A DNA stretch of 64,000 nt from Eledone cirrhosa (lineage: Eukaryota): the NCBI GenBank assembly GCA_964016885.1, contig OZ024754.1, forward strand, positions 18,910,001 to 18,974,000, written 5' to 3'. Positions 27,310-40,090 of this stretch are shown here, in pieces. Every line of letters begins with the position of its first letter. Position 1 is the stretch's first letter. The position numbers were made by a program, and so were the translations under genes. Under the pieces are notes generated by a model. That model was not told where the DNA came from. It worked only from the letters and a program-made list of their open reading frames with translations, and did no database searches.

Positions 27310-27313
<4 letters not shown>
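26528..27313 (+). mobile_element. 316-nt tandem HHR repeat (2.4 copies) with a 53-bp inverted lead
   Basis: Units start at 26581, 26897 and 27182; 26528-26580 is the reverse complement of 26617-26669. Confidence 0.88.
26830..26924 (+). ncRNA. Type-I hammerhead ribozyme, U3-A8 core, long stem I
   Basis: TGATCTCAGTAAACAGG..GGCC TTGATAA GCTT CAACCA AAGC GAAA CAA GAC TTG TC GGCT..CCTGTTTGCTGAGATCA. Confidence 0.82.
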
Positions 27314-27377
<64 letters not shown>

Positions 27378-27380
<3 letters not shown>

Positions 27381-27486
27381 TTTTAATATAGATGAAATTC
27401 TACAGGATTAGAACAGTTTCATTCTTGAGAAATCATCAGGAATGAAACAGTTCTAGTCCTGTAGAATCTCATCTATATTAAAACTT
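27378..27486. repeat. 47-bp-arm foldback containing a minus-strand hammerhead motif (27398-27442)
   Basis: Arms 27378-27424 and 27440-27486; TTC CTGATGA TTTC TCAA GAAT GAAA C(A/T)G..CTG TA GAA. Confidence 0.75.
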
Positions 27487-27899
27487 TTATATTATGCTAT
27501 GTATTGAGTACCTTACTTACTGTGGTTACCTCCGATTCAACCCGGAATAACTTACCTTATATATATATATATATAAACCTTGATTATATATGTTCTGGCT
27601 CGTTAATTTATTAACCTGCAATTGAACCACATTGGCATATGGTTGGATAATACATGTGTCCCTATTCGTTTTTTGCGTGTAGGGATATATACTTTATATG
27701 GTCGAGATGAAATTTGGTCGTTTTGACTACTGCTATTTATAGTGGTAGTAGATTGACCTCCCTGCCTCTGCCTTCTACCTTTGCACACGGCACTGGACAG
27801 AATTGCTTCCACATCATTCATTCTCATCTCGGGAACAATTTTGAATAGCGCCAGTTCGTAATTTGAACTCTGGAATTTTATATTCTCCGAGTGAAAAGA

Positions 27900-27986
27900 A
27901 CCTTCTGACGAGAGTTTATCTTTTCAATGGAAGCCCGCAAGGACTATCCATTTATTTTTGAGACTCGAAACCGATTCGGTAAAGGT
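27900..27986 (+). ncRNA. Canonical type-I hammerhead ribozyme within a 471-nt module
   Basis: ACCTT CTGACGA GAGTTT..AATGGA..TCCATT..AGACTC GAAA CCG ATT CGG TA AAGGT. Confidence 0.88.
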
Positions 27987-28679
27987 AACCATAGTAAGTA
28001 CAGTGAATTTTTTGAAATTTATTTTGAAACTTTTTCTTATTTGCTAAACCTTGATTATATATGTAGATATATGTATATAGATATATAGATATATCTACTG
28101 GGGTCTATTTAATCACTTTCCCGTCCCCCAAATTGCTATAGTAGAAATCATCATTATTATTATTATTATTATTTGGTTGGTAGATTGGCTCTTTACGTTC
28201 TGAGTTAAAATCCCGCCAATGTCAATTTTGCAGTTCATCGTTCTGGGGGAGTCGATAAAATAAAGTACTAGTAACATACTGGAACTTAATAAAACCGACT
28301 TATCTCCCTTTCAAAAATTGCTGGCCTTGTGGTTAAATAGAAATACCTTTAGTTTATTGAAAGTTTCTCTGTTTTTGTGTTATATCCACATAATATCGGG
28401 TGTTGGACATGCAAAAGTCAATCTTGCAAAATGAGGATACTTAAAGGGTGGGGACGTTGTGTGTGACTGCCGCATCGAACCACAGACTACGCAGCAGCTC
28501 CTGATATGCCCCCTTCAGCATTGGATTTGGCAGAGTTTAATGAGAAAGGACAGCAATATGTTCAGCTGTGTTGGAACTACATCGAGCCAAGCTTTGTAGC
28601 TGACATTCTTGTGGACACGACAAGAAAATAGGATGTCAAAACCTTTTGACCTACCTACCAACCAAATTGTACATCTTCA

Positions 28680-28920
28680 TAGACGCTGGATAGAGAGTTG
28701 GACAGATATATAAATATAGATATATAGAGAGTTGGATAGATATATAAATATAGATATATAGAGGGTTGGATAGATATATAAATATAGATATATAGAGGGT
28801 TGGACAGATATATAAATATAGATATATAGAGAGTTGGATAGATATATAAATATAGATATATAGAGGGTTGGACAGATATATAAATATAGATATATAGAGA
28901 GTTGGATAGATAGATAGACA
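28680..28920. repeat. ~34-bp minisatellite
   Basis: Repeats of GAGRGTTGGAYAGATATATAAATATAGATATATA. Confidence 0.9.
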
Positions 28921-28975
28921 GACATAGATATTTATATATTTCATCAACAACAACGAAAATTAATATTTATTATAA

Positions 28976-29160
28976 TAATTGTTTCTACTTTAGGCACAAG
29001 GCCAGCAATTACCCAGTGCATTACTGGTACTTTATTTTATCGACCCCGTAAGGATGAAAGGCAAAGTCAACCTCGGCGGGATTTGAACTCAGATTGTAAA
29101 GGGACGTAACTATGCTGGAAAGCATGGCGTCCGACCCTCTACCGATACTGCCAATCCACC
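28976..29160 (-). mobile_element. SINE family A
   Basis: Nearly identical to 17268-17454. Confidence 0.9.
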
Positions 29161-29296
29161 AATAATGGTATCTCATACTGGTATAAGTAAAAAAACTATT
29201 CATGAAAGATATTTAAAGGATAGAATATCGATTTGACTCTACATACTGTGTTTATTTTATCGATCTTCGGGAGATTAAATGTGTGAACATATAATT

Positions 29297-29460
29297 ACGT
29301 TTTTGACTATGAAAAAATAGTCTTAGAGGTTAGGCATGTAAGCCCCTGGGAACGGAAAAGATGGACAGCGCCGGAATACGGCGGCGCCGTCCAATTTCTT
29401 TCTGTTTCCAGGGGCTGCCTAACTTGTTAGACTATTTTTTCATGGTAAAAAATCTACGTT
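29297..29460. repeat. Imperfect palindromic, MITE-like hairpin
   Basis: ATGAAAAAATAGTCT/AGACTATTTTTTCAT, GTTAGGCA/TGCCTAAC, AGCCCCTGG/CCAGGGGCT, TGGAC/GTCCA. Confidence 0.65.
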
Positions 29461-29984
29461 AAAGCTGTTAAAATTCAATATTCGTAACCCGCTCATATAT
29501 ATTGCTCACACACACACAAACACACTCACACACTCACACACACACACACACACATACCCCCCCCCCCCCACATTATTGTGGGATCCAACGGCTTCAAAGA
29601 ATAGTGGTCAAGTTGTTAGAGCAACGAAACAGCATACTCATTAAATTAACATGCAAGTATCTGAGCATGCCACAGACACGTGTACCTAATCCTAACCCTA
29701 ACCCTTTACGAAATTCAGAATGACACTGCGTATGACATAGTTGATTCTTTAAATTTCAGGTACTGTCCTTTTGATGGGCTTCCAAGCAGTTTCTGTCTAC
29801 CCAATTTCACTCACATTACATGGATCAACCCGAAGCTATGATAAACTATAATAAATTACATTTACCCAAGATGCTATGTGGAGAGTTCTAACCCCAAACC
29901 TAATGATTTCAAAGCGTACATCTTAACCATTTGGCTATGTTGTGGCCACACTTGTTTTAAATAATACTTATGTAAATCTGCATA

Positions 29985-30330
29985 ATATCTTCCTTCGTAT
30001 CTTGCGATGATATCACATCTATATAATTTATGATATATATTTGTAATATACCTCCTTTAATACCTTCCTTCGTATAATTTACGATACATATTTATAATAT
30101 GCCTTTCTTGGTATCACCTCTTCTATATAATTTATGATATATATTAATAATATACTTCCCTTAATACCGTTCTTTGCATCAACTCTTCTATATAATTTAT
30201 GATATATATTAATAATATACTTCCCTTAATACCGTCCTTTGCATCACCTCTTCTATATAATTTGTGATATATATTTGTAATATACCTTCCTCAATACCTT
30301 CCTTCATATCACCACTTCTATATAATTTAA
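29985..30330. repeat. ~63-bp degenerate tandem repeat
   Basis: Recurrent CTTCTATATAATTTATGATATATATT..TAATATAC. Confidence 0.8.
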
Positions 30331-30759
30331 ATGCGGATCTTTTAAAATTGATAGAACTGCAAGTGGGACGATTGCTATCAGTTATCTAGGCTAAGGATAA
30401 CCTTTTCCCCTTTAAGCATTTGTAAAGGTCAATTGAAACTAGGAAAGGTTAAGTAATGCCGTGTACCCTTTTGAGTTGACATTTCACTTACTGTTGATTT
30501 AGTTCCTAATGAAATTGTTTTGTACACAGAAGCAGCGTTATGTGTTTTTCTTATTAATACTGCTGCTGATGCAGCTGCTATTGTCATCATCTTAAACATC
30601 ATCAAATAATAAACTGAATTTAAGTAGACTTTTAAATATGCCGTTTGAAGATATCGTTTCAATTATGTTTTTATTTATTTTGTTTAATCAATAATTACAG
30701 TTTTTCGTGAAAATATAATTAAAGTGCATTTATACAGAAGCTTTAAATATTATTAATAA

Positions 30760-31380
30760 TATCCCTTTGCGATCTGAGGTCGAATCCCGCCGAGGTTGAC
30801 TTTGCCGTTCATCCTTACGGGGTCGATAAAATAAAGTACCAGTAATGTACTGGTTAATTGCTGGCCTTGTGCTAAAAGTAGAAACAATTATTTATAATAT
30901 TTTGGGTGATGTGTAGGGCGGTGGATTGGTAGTAATCGGTAGAACGTCGGACAATATACTTTACGACATAGAGTTACTGCCCTTTACGATCTGATTTAAA
31001 ATCCTGCCGAAGTTAGCTTTGCCTTTCATCCTTACGGGGTCGATAAAATAAAGTACTAATAATTTAAATCAGAAACCAATATTTAGGTGATGTGAGATGG
31101 ATTGGCAAAAGCGGCAGAGCGTCGGTTAAAATGTAATTGCGGTGTACTAGAGCAATTACATATGATCTTTTGACTCTACATTGTTCATTTAAATCCCGCC
31201 GGGGTCAACTTTGCCTTTCTCCCTTCCGGGGTCGTTAAAATAAAGTAACAGTTAAGTACTTGGCTTGATTTAGTCAACTTTGCCTTTCTCCCTTCCGGGG
31301 TCGTTAAAATAAAGTAACAGTTAAGTACTTGGCTTGATTTAGTCAACTTTGCCTTTCCTCCAAAAATGTGATGACCTAAA
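30760..31380 (+). mobile_element. Cluster of three SINE family A-related copies, the last with an internal 69-bp duplication
   Basis: Body motif near 30790, 31010, 31200 and 31270. Confidence 0.8.
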
Positions 31381-31611
31381 TTAGGCATCAATATTTTGCT
31401 GATGTTGTTATAGATTACCGTAGAGGCACGTGGCCTAGTGGTGTGTTGGACTTATGGTTATAATGTCGTGGGTTCCAGGACTGGGATATGTATTGTGTTC
31501 CAACAACAACAGCAACAATAACATTACCATCAACGCCACCACCGCCGACAACAACAACAGCAATAACAAAAACATTACTGCCACCAACACCACCACCACT
31601 AACAACAACAA

Positions 31612-31668
<57 letters not shown>

Positions 31669-32019
31669 ATACATTAACAGCAATCATAAAACCATCATCA
31701 ACAGCAAAAAACAAAACAAAAACATCACTACCAACAACAACAGCAATAACAAAAACATAACCCCCACAAAAAACATAACACCACCACTAGCAACAACAAC
31801 AACAACGACGACAATAACAACAACAAGAGCAACAAACCGAGTGGAATGGTTTGTTTCTGCGGCGGTCGATGAGTTAATATTTTGGACTGAGTGAGAAAAG
31901 GTCAACTGAAATAGCAGAGAAATAGCGATAACAGCTGGGAAAGGGGGAGTCTAGGAACGACTTATAAATACTTCTTCTTGATAGACTCAACTGATGCTTT
32001 CCAACCTCTGCACTAACAC

Positions 32020-32866
32020 ATTGTATCACACACACACACACACTGATATCCACACACTGATACACATATATATATAAACACACACACACTAATACACACA
32101 CACATATATATAAACACACACACACTAATACACACATATATATATATAAACACACACACATTAATACACACATATATATATATAAACACAGACGCACTAA
32201 TACACACATATATATGTAAACACAGACACACTAACACACACATATATATATATATAAACACACACACTAATATACACATATATATATAAACACACACACA
32301 CTAATACACACATATATATATAAACACACACACACTAATACACACACATATATATATGTAAACACACACACACTAATACACACATATATATATATAAACA
32401 CACACACACTAATACACACATATATATGTAAACACACACACACTAATACACACACATATATATATACACACAGACTAATACAAACATATATATAAACACA
32501 CACACACTAATACACACACATATATACATATAAAGACACACTAATACACATATATATATATATATATATATAAACACACACACTAATACACACATATATA
32601 TATATAAACACTCACACACTAATACACACATATATATATAAACACACACACACTAATACACACACATATATATATATAAACACACACACACACTAATACA
32701 CACATATATATATATATAAACACACACACACACTAATACACACATATATATATAAACACACACACACTAATACACACACATATATATATATATAAACACA
32801 CACACACTAATACAGACACATATATATATATATAAACACACACACTGATATATACACAGATACACA

Positions 32867-32900
<34 letters not shown>
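32020..32900. repeat. Compound (CA)n-CTAATA-(TA)n minisatellite
   Basis: ~30-bp unit CACACACTAATACACACATATATATATAAA. Confidence 0.9.
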
Positions 32901-32905
<5 letters not shown>

Positions 32906-32994
32906 TGATTTACACAGGTACACACAGATATACACAGACACACACTACCAACTACCACCTTATATATTACACATACCTGCCATATAACACACTC

Positions 32995-34165
32995 ACACCA
33001 CATCATCCTCACCACCACCAGCACCAGCACACTCACCACCACCACCACCACCACCACCACCACCACCAGCACCACCATCATCATCATCAACGGCAACAAT
33101 TCTGACAACAGCAACAAGATCAGCGAAAGTGATGACGCGGCCGGCAACAGCGATGGAAATGATGACGACATCATCACCAACAGCAACAACAGCAACAACA
33201 ACACAATTAACAGCAGTACCACCACCACCAACTCTAATAACAGCAACAACATTAACAACTCCAACCACAGCAGCAGCAGCATCACCATCATTCCTACCAC
33301 CACCACCACCACCACCGCCACTAACACCACCACCACCACCACCAACATCACCACAAACACCACCACACCACCACACCACCACCACCACAACCACCACCAC
33401 AATCGCCATACCACCACCACCACCACCACCACCACCTCCACCACCACTATCACCACTAACACCACCACCATCACCACCACCACCACCACTACCACCATCA
33501 TTACCACCACCACCACCACTACCACCACCACAACTACCACCACCACCACCACTACCACCACCACTACCACCACCAACACCAACACCACTACCACCACCAC
33601 CACCACCACCACCACCATCATCACCACCACCGCCACTACCACCACCACCATCACCACCACTACCACCACCACCACCACCATCATCACCACCACCGCCACT
33701 ACCACCACCACCATCACCACCACTACCACCACCAACACCCACACCACTACCACCACCACCACCATCACCACCACCACCACCACCACCACCACGCCACCAC
33801 CACCACCGCCACCACCATCACCACCACACCACCGTCCACCACCACCACCACCACCCCACCACCACCACCACCACCATCACACCACCACCACCACCACCAC
33901 CACCACTACCACCACCACCACCACCATCACCACCACACCACCGCCCACCACCACCACCACCACTACCACCATCACCACTACCACCACCACAACCACCACC
34001 ACCACTACCACCATCACCACCACCACCACCACTACCACCATCACCACCGCCACCGCCACTACCACCATCACCACCACGACCACCACGATCCCCCCCCCCC
34101 CCTTCCACCCCCACACACCCCACACCACCACCACCGCCACACCACCGCCACCATTACCACCACCA
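32995..34165. repeat. (CAC)n-type trinucleotide tract
   Basis: Degenerate ACC repeats. Confidence 0.95.
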
Positions 34166-34735
34166 CACTCATACATACACAAACGCACCTGCAAATCACA
34201 CACTTAGAACCCCCCCCCCCACACATATATATAGAAACACACACATACACATATATACACATTCAAATGCGCGCACATACATACACACTAATTGTAAAAA
34301 TATTTGTGAACTATTAAAAAGTCAACAAGCATTCGAATGGATAATAATAATAATAATAATAATAATGATAATAATAATAATAATGATGATAATGATGATG
34401 GTGATGATGATGATGATGGTAATAATAATAGTGATAATGATGATATCAAAAGACCTTTTGGCTGAATGCTGACGTCATCATGGCCGGTCTGTTGAGTATT
34501 TTCAATACAATCCATCAGTTGTTGGATCACCGACCACAAGAAATATGTTCTTGAAAGCTAAAGGGCCGCATGATTCGCAAACGAAAATTTACGCTTCAAA
34601 AGCGATGCTAACTGACCATAGAAACCTTTTTCATTCAGGCATTGATATCCTAGATGTCTGGAAGTTCGATTCTACCGACAGATTCTTCAAATAGTGACTT
34701 AAAAAAAAGCTACCCATTTTAAAGAGGTTTATTTA

Positions 34736-35365
34736 AATTAAATTAAAACCATTTTGATACCAACACTGTCAAAACAGGCCCTGGTTCTATAAAACAAAAT
34801 AACGCATTATAAAGGGTTACTATTTAAATTAAAACCATTTTGATACCAACACTGTCAAAACAGGCTCTGGTTCTATAAAACAAAATAACGCATTATAAAG
34901 GGTTACTATTTAAATTAAAACCATTTTGATACCAACACTGTCAAAACAGGCTCTGGTTCTATAAAACAAAATAACGCATTATAAAGGGTTACTATTTAAA
35001 TTAAAACCATTTTGATACCAACACTGTCAAAACAGGCTCTGGTTCTATAAAACAAAACAATGCATTATAAAGGGGTACTATTTAAATTAAAACCATTTTG
35101 ATACCAACACTGTCAAAACAGGCTCTGGTTCTATAAAACAAAATAACGCATTATAAAGGGTTACTATTTAAATTAAAACCATTTTGATACCAACACTGTC
35201 AAAACAGGCCCTGGTTCTATAAAACAAAACAATGCATTATTAAGGGTTACTATTTAAATTAAAACCATTTTGATACCAACACTGTCAAAACAGGCCCTGG
35301 TTCTATAAAACAAAACAATGCATTATTAAGGGTTACTATTTAAATTAAAACCATTTTGATACTAA
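34736..35365. repeat. 86-bp tandem repeat, ~7.3 copies
   Basis: Unit TTTAAATTAAAACCATTTTGATACCAACACTGTCAAAACAGGCTCTGGTTCTATAAAACAAAATAACGCATTATAAAGGGTTACTA. Confidence 0.95.
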
Positions 35366-35975
35366 CCCGGAAAACTTCTTATCCTCCTCCTAGATGTTTC
35401 AATTGAGGTAATTCATTCTCCACCTCTCTGTATCGCTCTTCTCCCACCAATTTATTCCTGGGAGAGTCGCAGAGACAGAGTCCTCAGTCACACTTTTCAG
35501 AGGTTTCCAAATGGTTTAACTGGATCCTTAAATGTGAATAAACGAGCCCATGGATGCTATCCAACCATCTTGCTGTTGGTCTAATTTAGGTCTCCTTCCG
35601 GTTGACTTTTCCCATAAAATCAGTCTGGCGATTCTTTCCTTAGATATTTAACCAGATATCTATAGTAATAGAGCTGGGATCTCTCGGTTCGGAGAAATAG
35701 TGGTTCTACCTGGAGTGATTCCCTGGTCTCTGAGCAATGTTACTCCAAACATCCATTTCAAAGTATTCTTTTGGTCATTACCCAAGATTCATGACCATAG
35801 GTAAAGGTTGGCATGAACACAGAATTGAAGACGACGACTTTGGCTTTTACAGCTACCTCCCTTCTTATTACAAATTGCTGCACCAGCTCCTGCAATTCTT
35901 GCATTTAATTTAGCCGCCTGCCTTCATCACTCGTGTAAACGACCCCGAGATACTTGAATTTCTTCACCTGCATCA
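35366..35975 (-). mobile_element. Decayed RTE LINE 3-prime fragment
   Basis: QVKKFKYLG and PTFTYGHESW-type motifs. Confidence 0.7.
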
Positions 35976-37098
35976 TTGCAGCCAGGATTGAAATCAAGAT
36001 ACAGAATCTGCAGTGCCGGCCATACCATTAAGACCAACCCAGCAGCCAGATAGGACGCAAACCCCAATGAGGCGCATTACTTGACCATAAAAGAGCAGAT
36101 TTTTATTCAAATTTGTATAATTAAATTCAATATATAATTGTTTCTACTTTAGGCACAAGGCCAGCAATTACCCAGTACATTACTGGTACTTTATTTTATC
36201 GACCCCGTAAAATAAAGTACCAGTAATGTACTGGGTAATTGCTGGCCTTGTGCCTAAAGTAGAAACAATTATATATTGAATTTAATTCAATATATAATAA
36301 CTTCCTGTAATCAATAAATATTTCTCGAAACATCTTTACCACGTATTTAGAGTTGTGGAAATATCTAAAATGAAGAACGTAGTATATCTAAATGAAGAAC
36401 GTAGTATGGCTGTATGACCTGTCACATGATTTGGCATTGGTGTGTGTCGACTGTGTAGTGGAAAATGCAGGTGTAGTAGTTTCGTTAGTGTGGTCATAGC
36501 AAGCAAGGAATCTCAAAAACTAGGTTCGTCAACTTACCAAACTAATTATTTTATTTGGGAGAATGAGGCGTAAAATGTTGAGGTAGGTTAGGGTGCTAAA
36601 TACCCAGGCGCCGGCCCCGACAGTCTGAACATATCAGGATACTTTACATTACAACCTCTTGATGCTTCATGAAGAACTATTTAGCGGAAGCGTTCATTTG
36701 GAACTGAGTGGTTAAAACGAAAGATTTCCGCTGAAGCTAATAGAATATTTAGTCAGTTATAAGCAGTAAAATGACGCTCTCATCGTTTAAATAGGAACCT
36801 TCTTCTCTATAGTAGCTTCGATAGCAGTTAGAAACTGATATCTGTACATATCTCACATTGTTTACTTGCGGTGAAATCACGTACACGTTGTTTCTCGCAA
36901 ATACACATACAGCCGACCTGAAAACAGGATATTAAGAAAGATATTTAGGTGTAGGTCTATGAATTATTTAACATCTATTTAGGGGTTTCAAGCGTTTGAT
37001 TATTGTGAATATGATTAATTACAGAAATATACTATCATAAACATACATACATTATAGAATATAGAAACATACATACATAGAATGACCATGATATTTGT

Positions 37099-37155
<57 letters not shown>

Positions 37156-37224
37156 CATACATACATACATACATATATATATTAATTCAAAATATAAAAA
37201 AATAGACATTCGTGTGATCAAGTA

Positions 37225-37291
37225 TATTTTATTATACATATTTCAGAGGTACTGAGCTATCTTCAACAGTACGTCCTCATCAGATAAAATA
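37225..37291 (-). ncRNA. Type-I hammerhead ribozyme (TATTTTAT family, homolog of 12994)
   Basis: Minus: TATTTTAT CTGATGA GGAC GTACTG..CAGTAC CTCT GAAA TATGTA TA ATAAAATA. Confidence 0.8.
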
Positions 37292-38224
37292 AGATGATGC
37301 ATGACATACCCTGTAAAACTCATTCTTTGATTTATTCATTGAACCTTGTTTAACCTTTAAATATATATCATTATATATATATAAATATATATATACGACG
37401 AGCTATTGCAGTTTTCGTCTTGAAGGGATTTTATTCGGTCCTTTCGATCCCAGTACATTTTCTTTTCAAGTTTGGTTCTTATTTTATCAATCTCGTTTTG
37501 TTGAACGGCTAAGTTACGGAACAATAACACGCGCGCGTGCGCGTATGGCAGGCTTCCTGCTAAATTCTACTCCCAAAGCATTAGTCAACTCGAAGCTATA
37601 GTAGAAGACACTTGCCTAAGATGTCGCTGCGCAGAGGCACGTGGCTTCTAATCGAACTCCTTAACCACAGAGCCATGCCTCCAATGACTGTTTCGTAGTT
37701 TGTTAGAAAGAGAAGTCTCCGTCTTATGTTGGATTGGTTGAGGAGGCTGGCATTTCATTCTCGTTTCTAGCCTCGTTTCACAGAGGATTTGGTACTTTAT
37801 TTTACGGGGTCGATAAAATAAAGTACCAGTAATATACTGGGTATTTGCTGGCCTTGTGCCTAAAGTAGAAACAATTATATATTGAATTTAATTATACAAA
37901 TTTGAATAAAAATCTGCTCTTTTATGGTCAAGTAATGCGCCTCATTGGGGTTTGCGTCCTATCTGGCTGCTGGGTTGGTCTTAATGGTATGGCCGGCACT
38001 GCAGATTCTGTATCTTGATTTCAATCCTGGCTGCAATGATGCAGGTGAAGAAATTCAAGTATCTCGGGGTCGTTTACACGAGTGATGAAGGCAGGCGGCT
38101 AAATTAAATGCAAGAATTGCAGGAGCTGGTGCAGCAATTTGTAATAAGAAGGGAGGTAGCTGTAAAAGCCAAAGTCGTCGTCTTCATTCTGTGTTCATGC
38201 CAACCTTCACGGTACACTACTGAG

Positions 38225-38267
38225 GTTATAGTGTTGGTGGTGGTGGTGGTGGTGGTGGTGGTAGTGA

Positions 38268-38298
<31 letters not shown>

Positions 38299-39179
38299 GG
38301 TGGTGGTAGTGGTGGTAGTGATGTTGTTGTTGTTGGTGGTGGTGGTGGTAGTGGTGGTAGTGGTAGTGGTGGTAGAGGTGGTGGTGGTGGTAGAAGTGGT
38401 AGTGGTGGTAGTGATGTTGTTGTTGTTGTTGTTGTTGGTGGTGGTGATGGTGGTAGTGGTGGTAGTGGTAGTGGTGGTGGTAGTGGTAGTGGTGGTAGAG
38501 GTGGTGGTGGTGGTGGTGGTAGTGGTGGTAGTGATGGTAGTGATGTTGTTGTTGTTGGTGGTGGTGGTAGTGGTGGTAGTGGTGGTGGTGGTGGTAGTGG
38601 TGGTAGAGGTGGTGGTGGTGGTAGTGATGTTGTTGTTGTTGGTGGTGGTGGTGGTAGTGGTAGTGGTAGTGGTGGTAGAGGTGGTTGTGGTGGTGGTGGT
38701 GGTAGAGGTGGTGGTGGTGGTGGTAGAGGTGGTAGTGGTGGTAGTGATGTTGTTGTTGTTGTTGGTGGTGGTGGCGGTGGTGGTGGTGGTGGTAGTGGTG
38801 GTGGTAGTGGTGGTGGTAGTGGTAGTGGTGGTAGAGGTGGTGGTGGTGGTGGTGGTGATGGTAGTGATGTTGTTGTTGTTGTTGGTGGTGGTAGTGGTGG
38901 TAGTGGTGGTAGTGATGTTGTTGTTGGTGGTGGTAGAGGTGGTGGTAGTGGTAGTGGTGGTAGTGGTGGTGGTGGTGGTAGTGATGTTGTTGTTGTTGGT
39001 GGTGGTGGTGGTAGTGGTAGTGGTGGTAGAGGTGGTGGTGGTGGTGGTAGTGGTGGTAGTGATGTTGTTGTTGTTGTTGGTGGTAGTGGTGGTAGTGGTG
39101 GTAGTGATGTTGTTGTTGTTGGTGGTGGTGGTAGTGGTAGTGGTGGTAGTGGTGGTAGAGGTGGTAGTGGTGGTAGTGA

Positions 39180-39210
<31 letters not shown>

Positions 39211-39349
39211 AGTGGTGGTAGTGGTAGTGGTGGTAGAAGTGGTAGTAGTGGTAGTGATGTTGTTGTTGTTGTTGTTGTTGGTGGTAGTGGTGGTGGTGGT
39301 GGTGGTGGTGGTGGTGGTAGTGGTAGTGGTAGTAGTGGTGGTAGTGGTG

Positions 39350-39381
<32 letters not shown>

Positions 39382-40090
39382 AGAGGTGGTGGTAGTGGTA
39401 GTGGTGGTAGTGGTGGTGGTAGAGGTGGTGTTGGTGGTAGTGGTGTTGTTGTTGGTGCGGTGGTAGAGGTGGTGGTAGTGGTGGTAGTGGTAGTGGTGGT
39501 AGTGGTGGTAGTGGTGGTGGTAGAGGTGGTGGTGATGGTGGTAGTGGTAGCGGTGGTAGTGGTGGTAGTGGTGGTGGTAGAGGTGGTGGTAGTGGTGGTA
39601 GTGGTAGCGGTGGTAGTGGTGGTAGTGGTGGTAGTGGTAGCGGTGGTAGTGGTAGTGGTGGTGGTAGAGGTGGTGGTAGAGGTGGTAGTGATGTTGTTGT
39701 TGGTGGTGGTAGAGGTGGTGGTAGTGGTAGTGGTGTTGTTGTTGGTGGTGGTAGAGGTGGTGGTAGTGGTAGTGGTGTTGTTGTTGGTGGTGGTATTGTT
39801 GGCGATGGTTTTCGTGTTGGTGATGGTGTTCATGTTGGTACTGGTTGTGTTGATGGTGTTGATGCAAGAGGGATGGTGGCGGTGGTGGTGGTGGTGGTGG
39901 TTGTGGTAGTGGTGGTGGTGGTTGTGTTGATGGTGTTGATGCAAGAGGGATGGTGGTGGTGGTGGTGGTGGTGGTGATAGTGCAAGAGGGATGGTGGTGG
40001 TGGTGGTGGTGGTGATAGTCGTGGTGTTGATGGTGTTGGTGCAAGAGGGATGGTGGTGGTGGTGGTGGTGGTTGTGGTGGTGCTGGTGAT
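38225..40090. repeat. (GGT/GTA/GTT)n compound trinucleotide tract
   Basis: Low-complexity sequence with higher-order periodicity. Confidence 0.95.

Noticed and set aside
29689-29705. CCTAACCCTAACCC telomere-like motif
   Set aside because: Only 2-3 units inside a SINE remnant
30429-30662. Possible minus-strand exon (AG..GTAAGT)
   Set aside because: Weak acceptor, no recognisable protein, no partner exons
34736-35365. CRISPR-like regularity
   Set aside because: Head-to-tail units with no unique spacers, no cas genes, eukaryotic context
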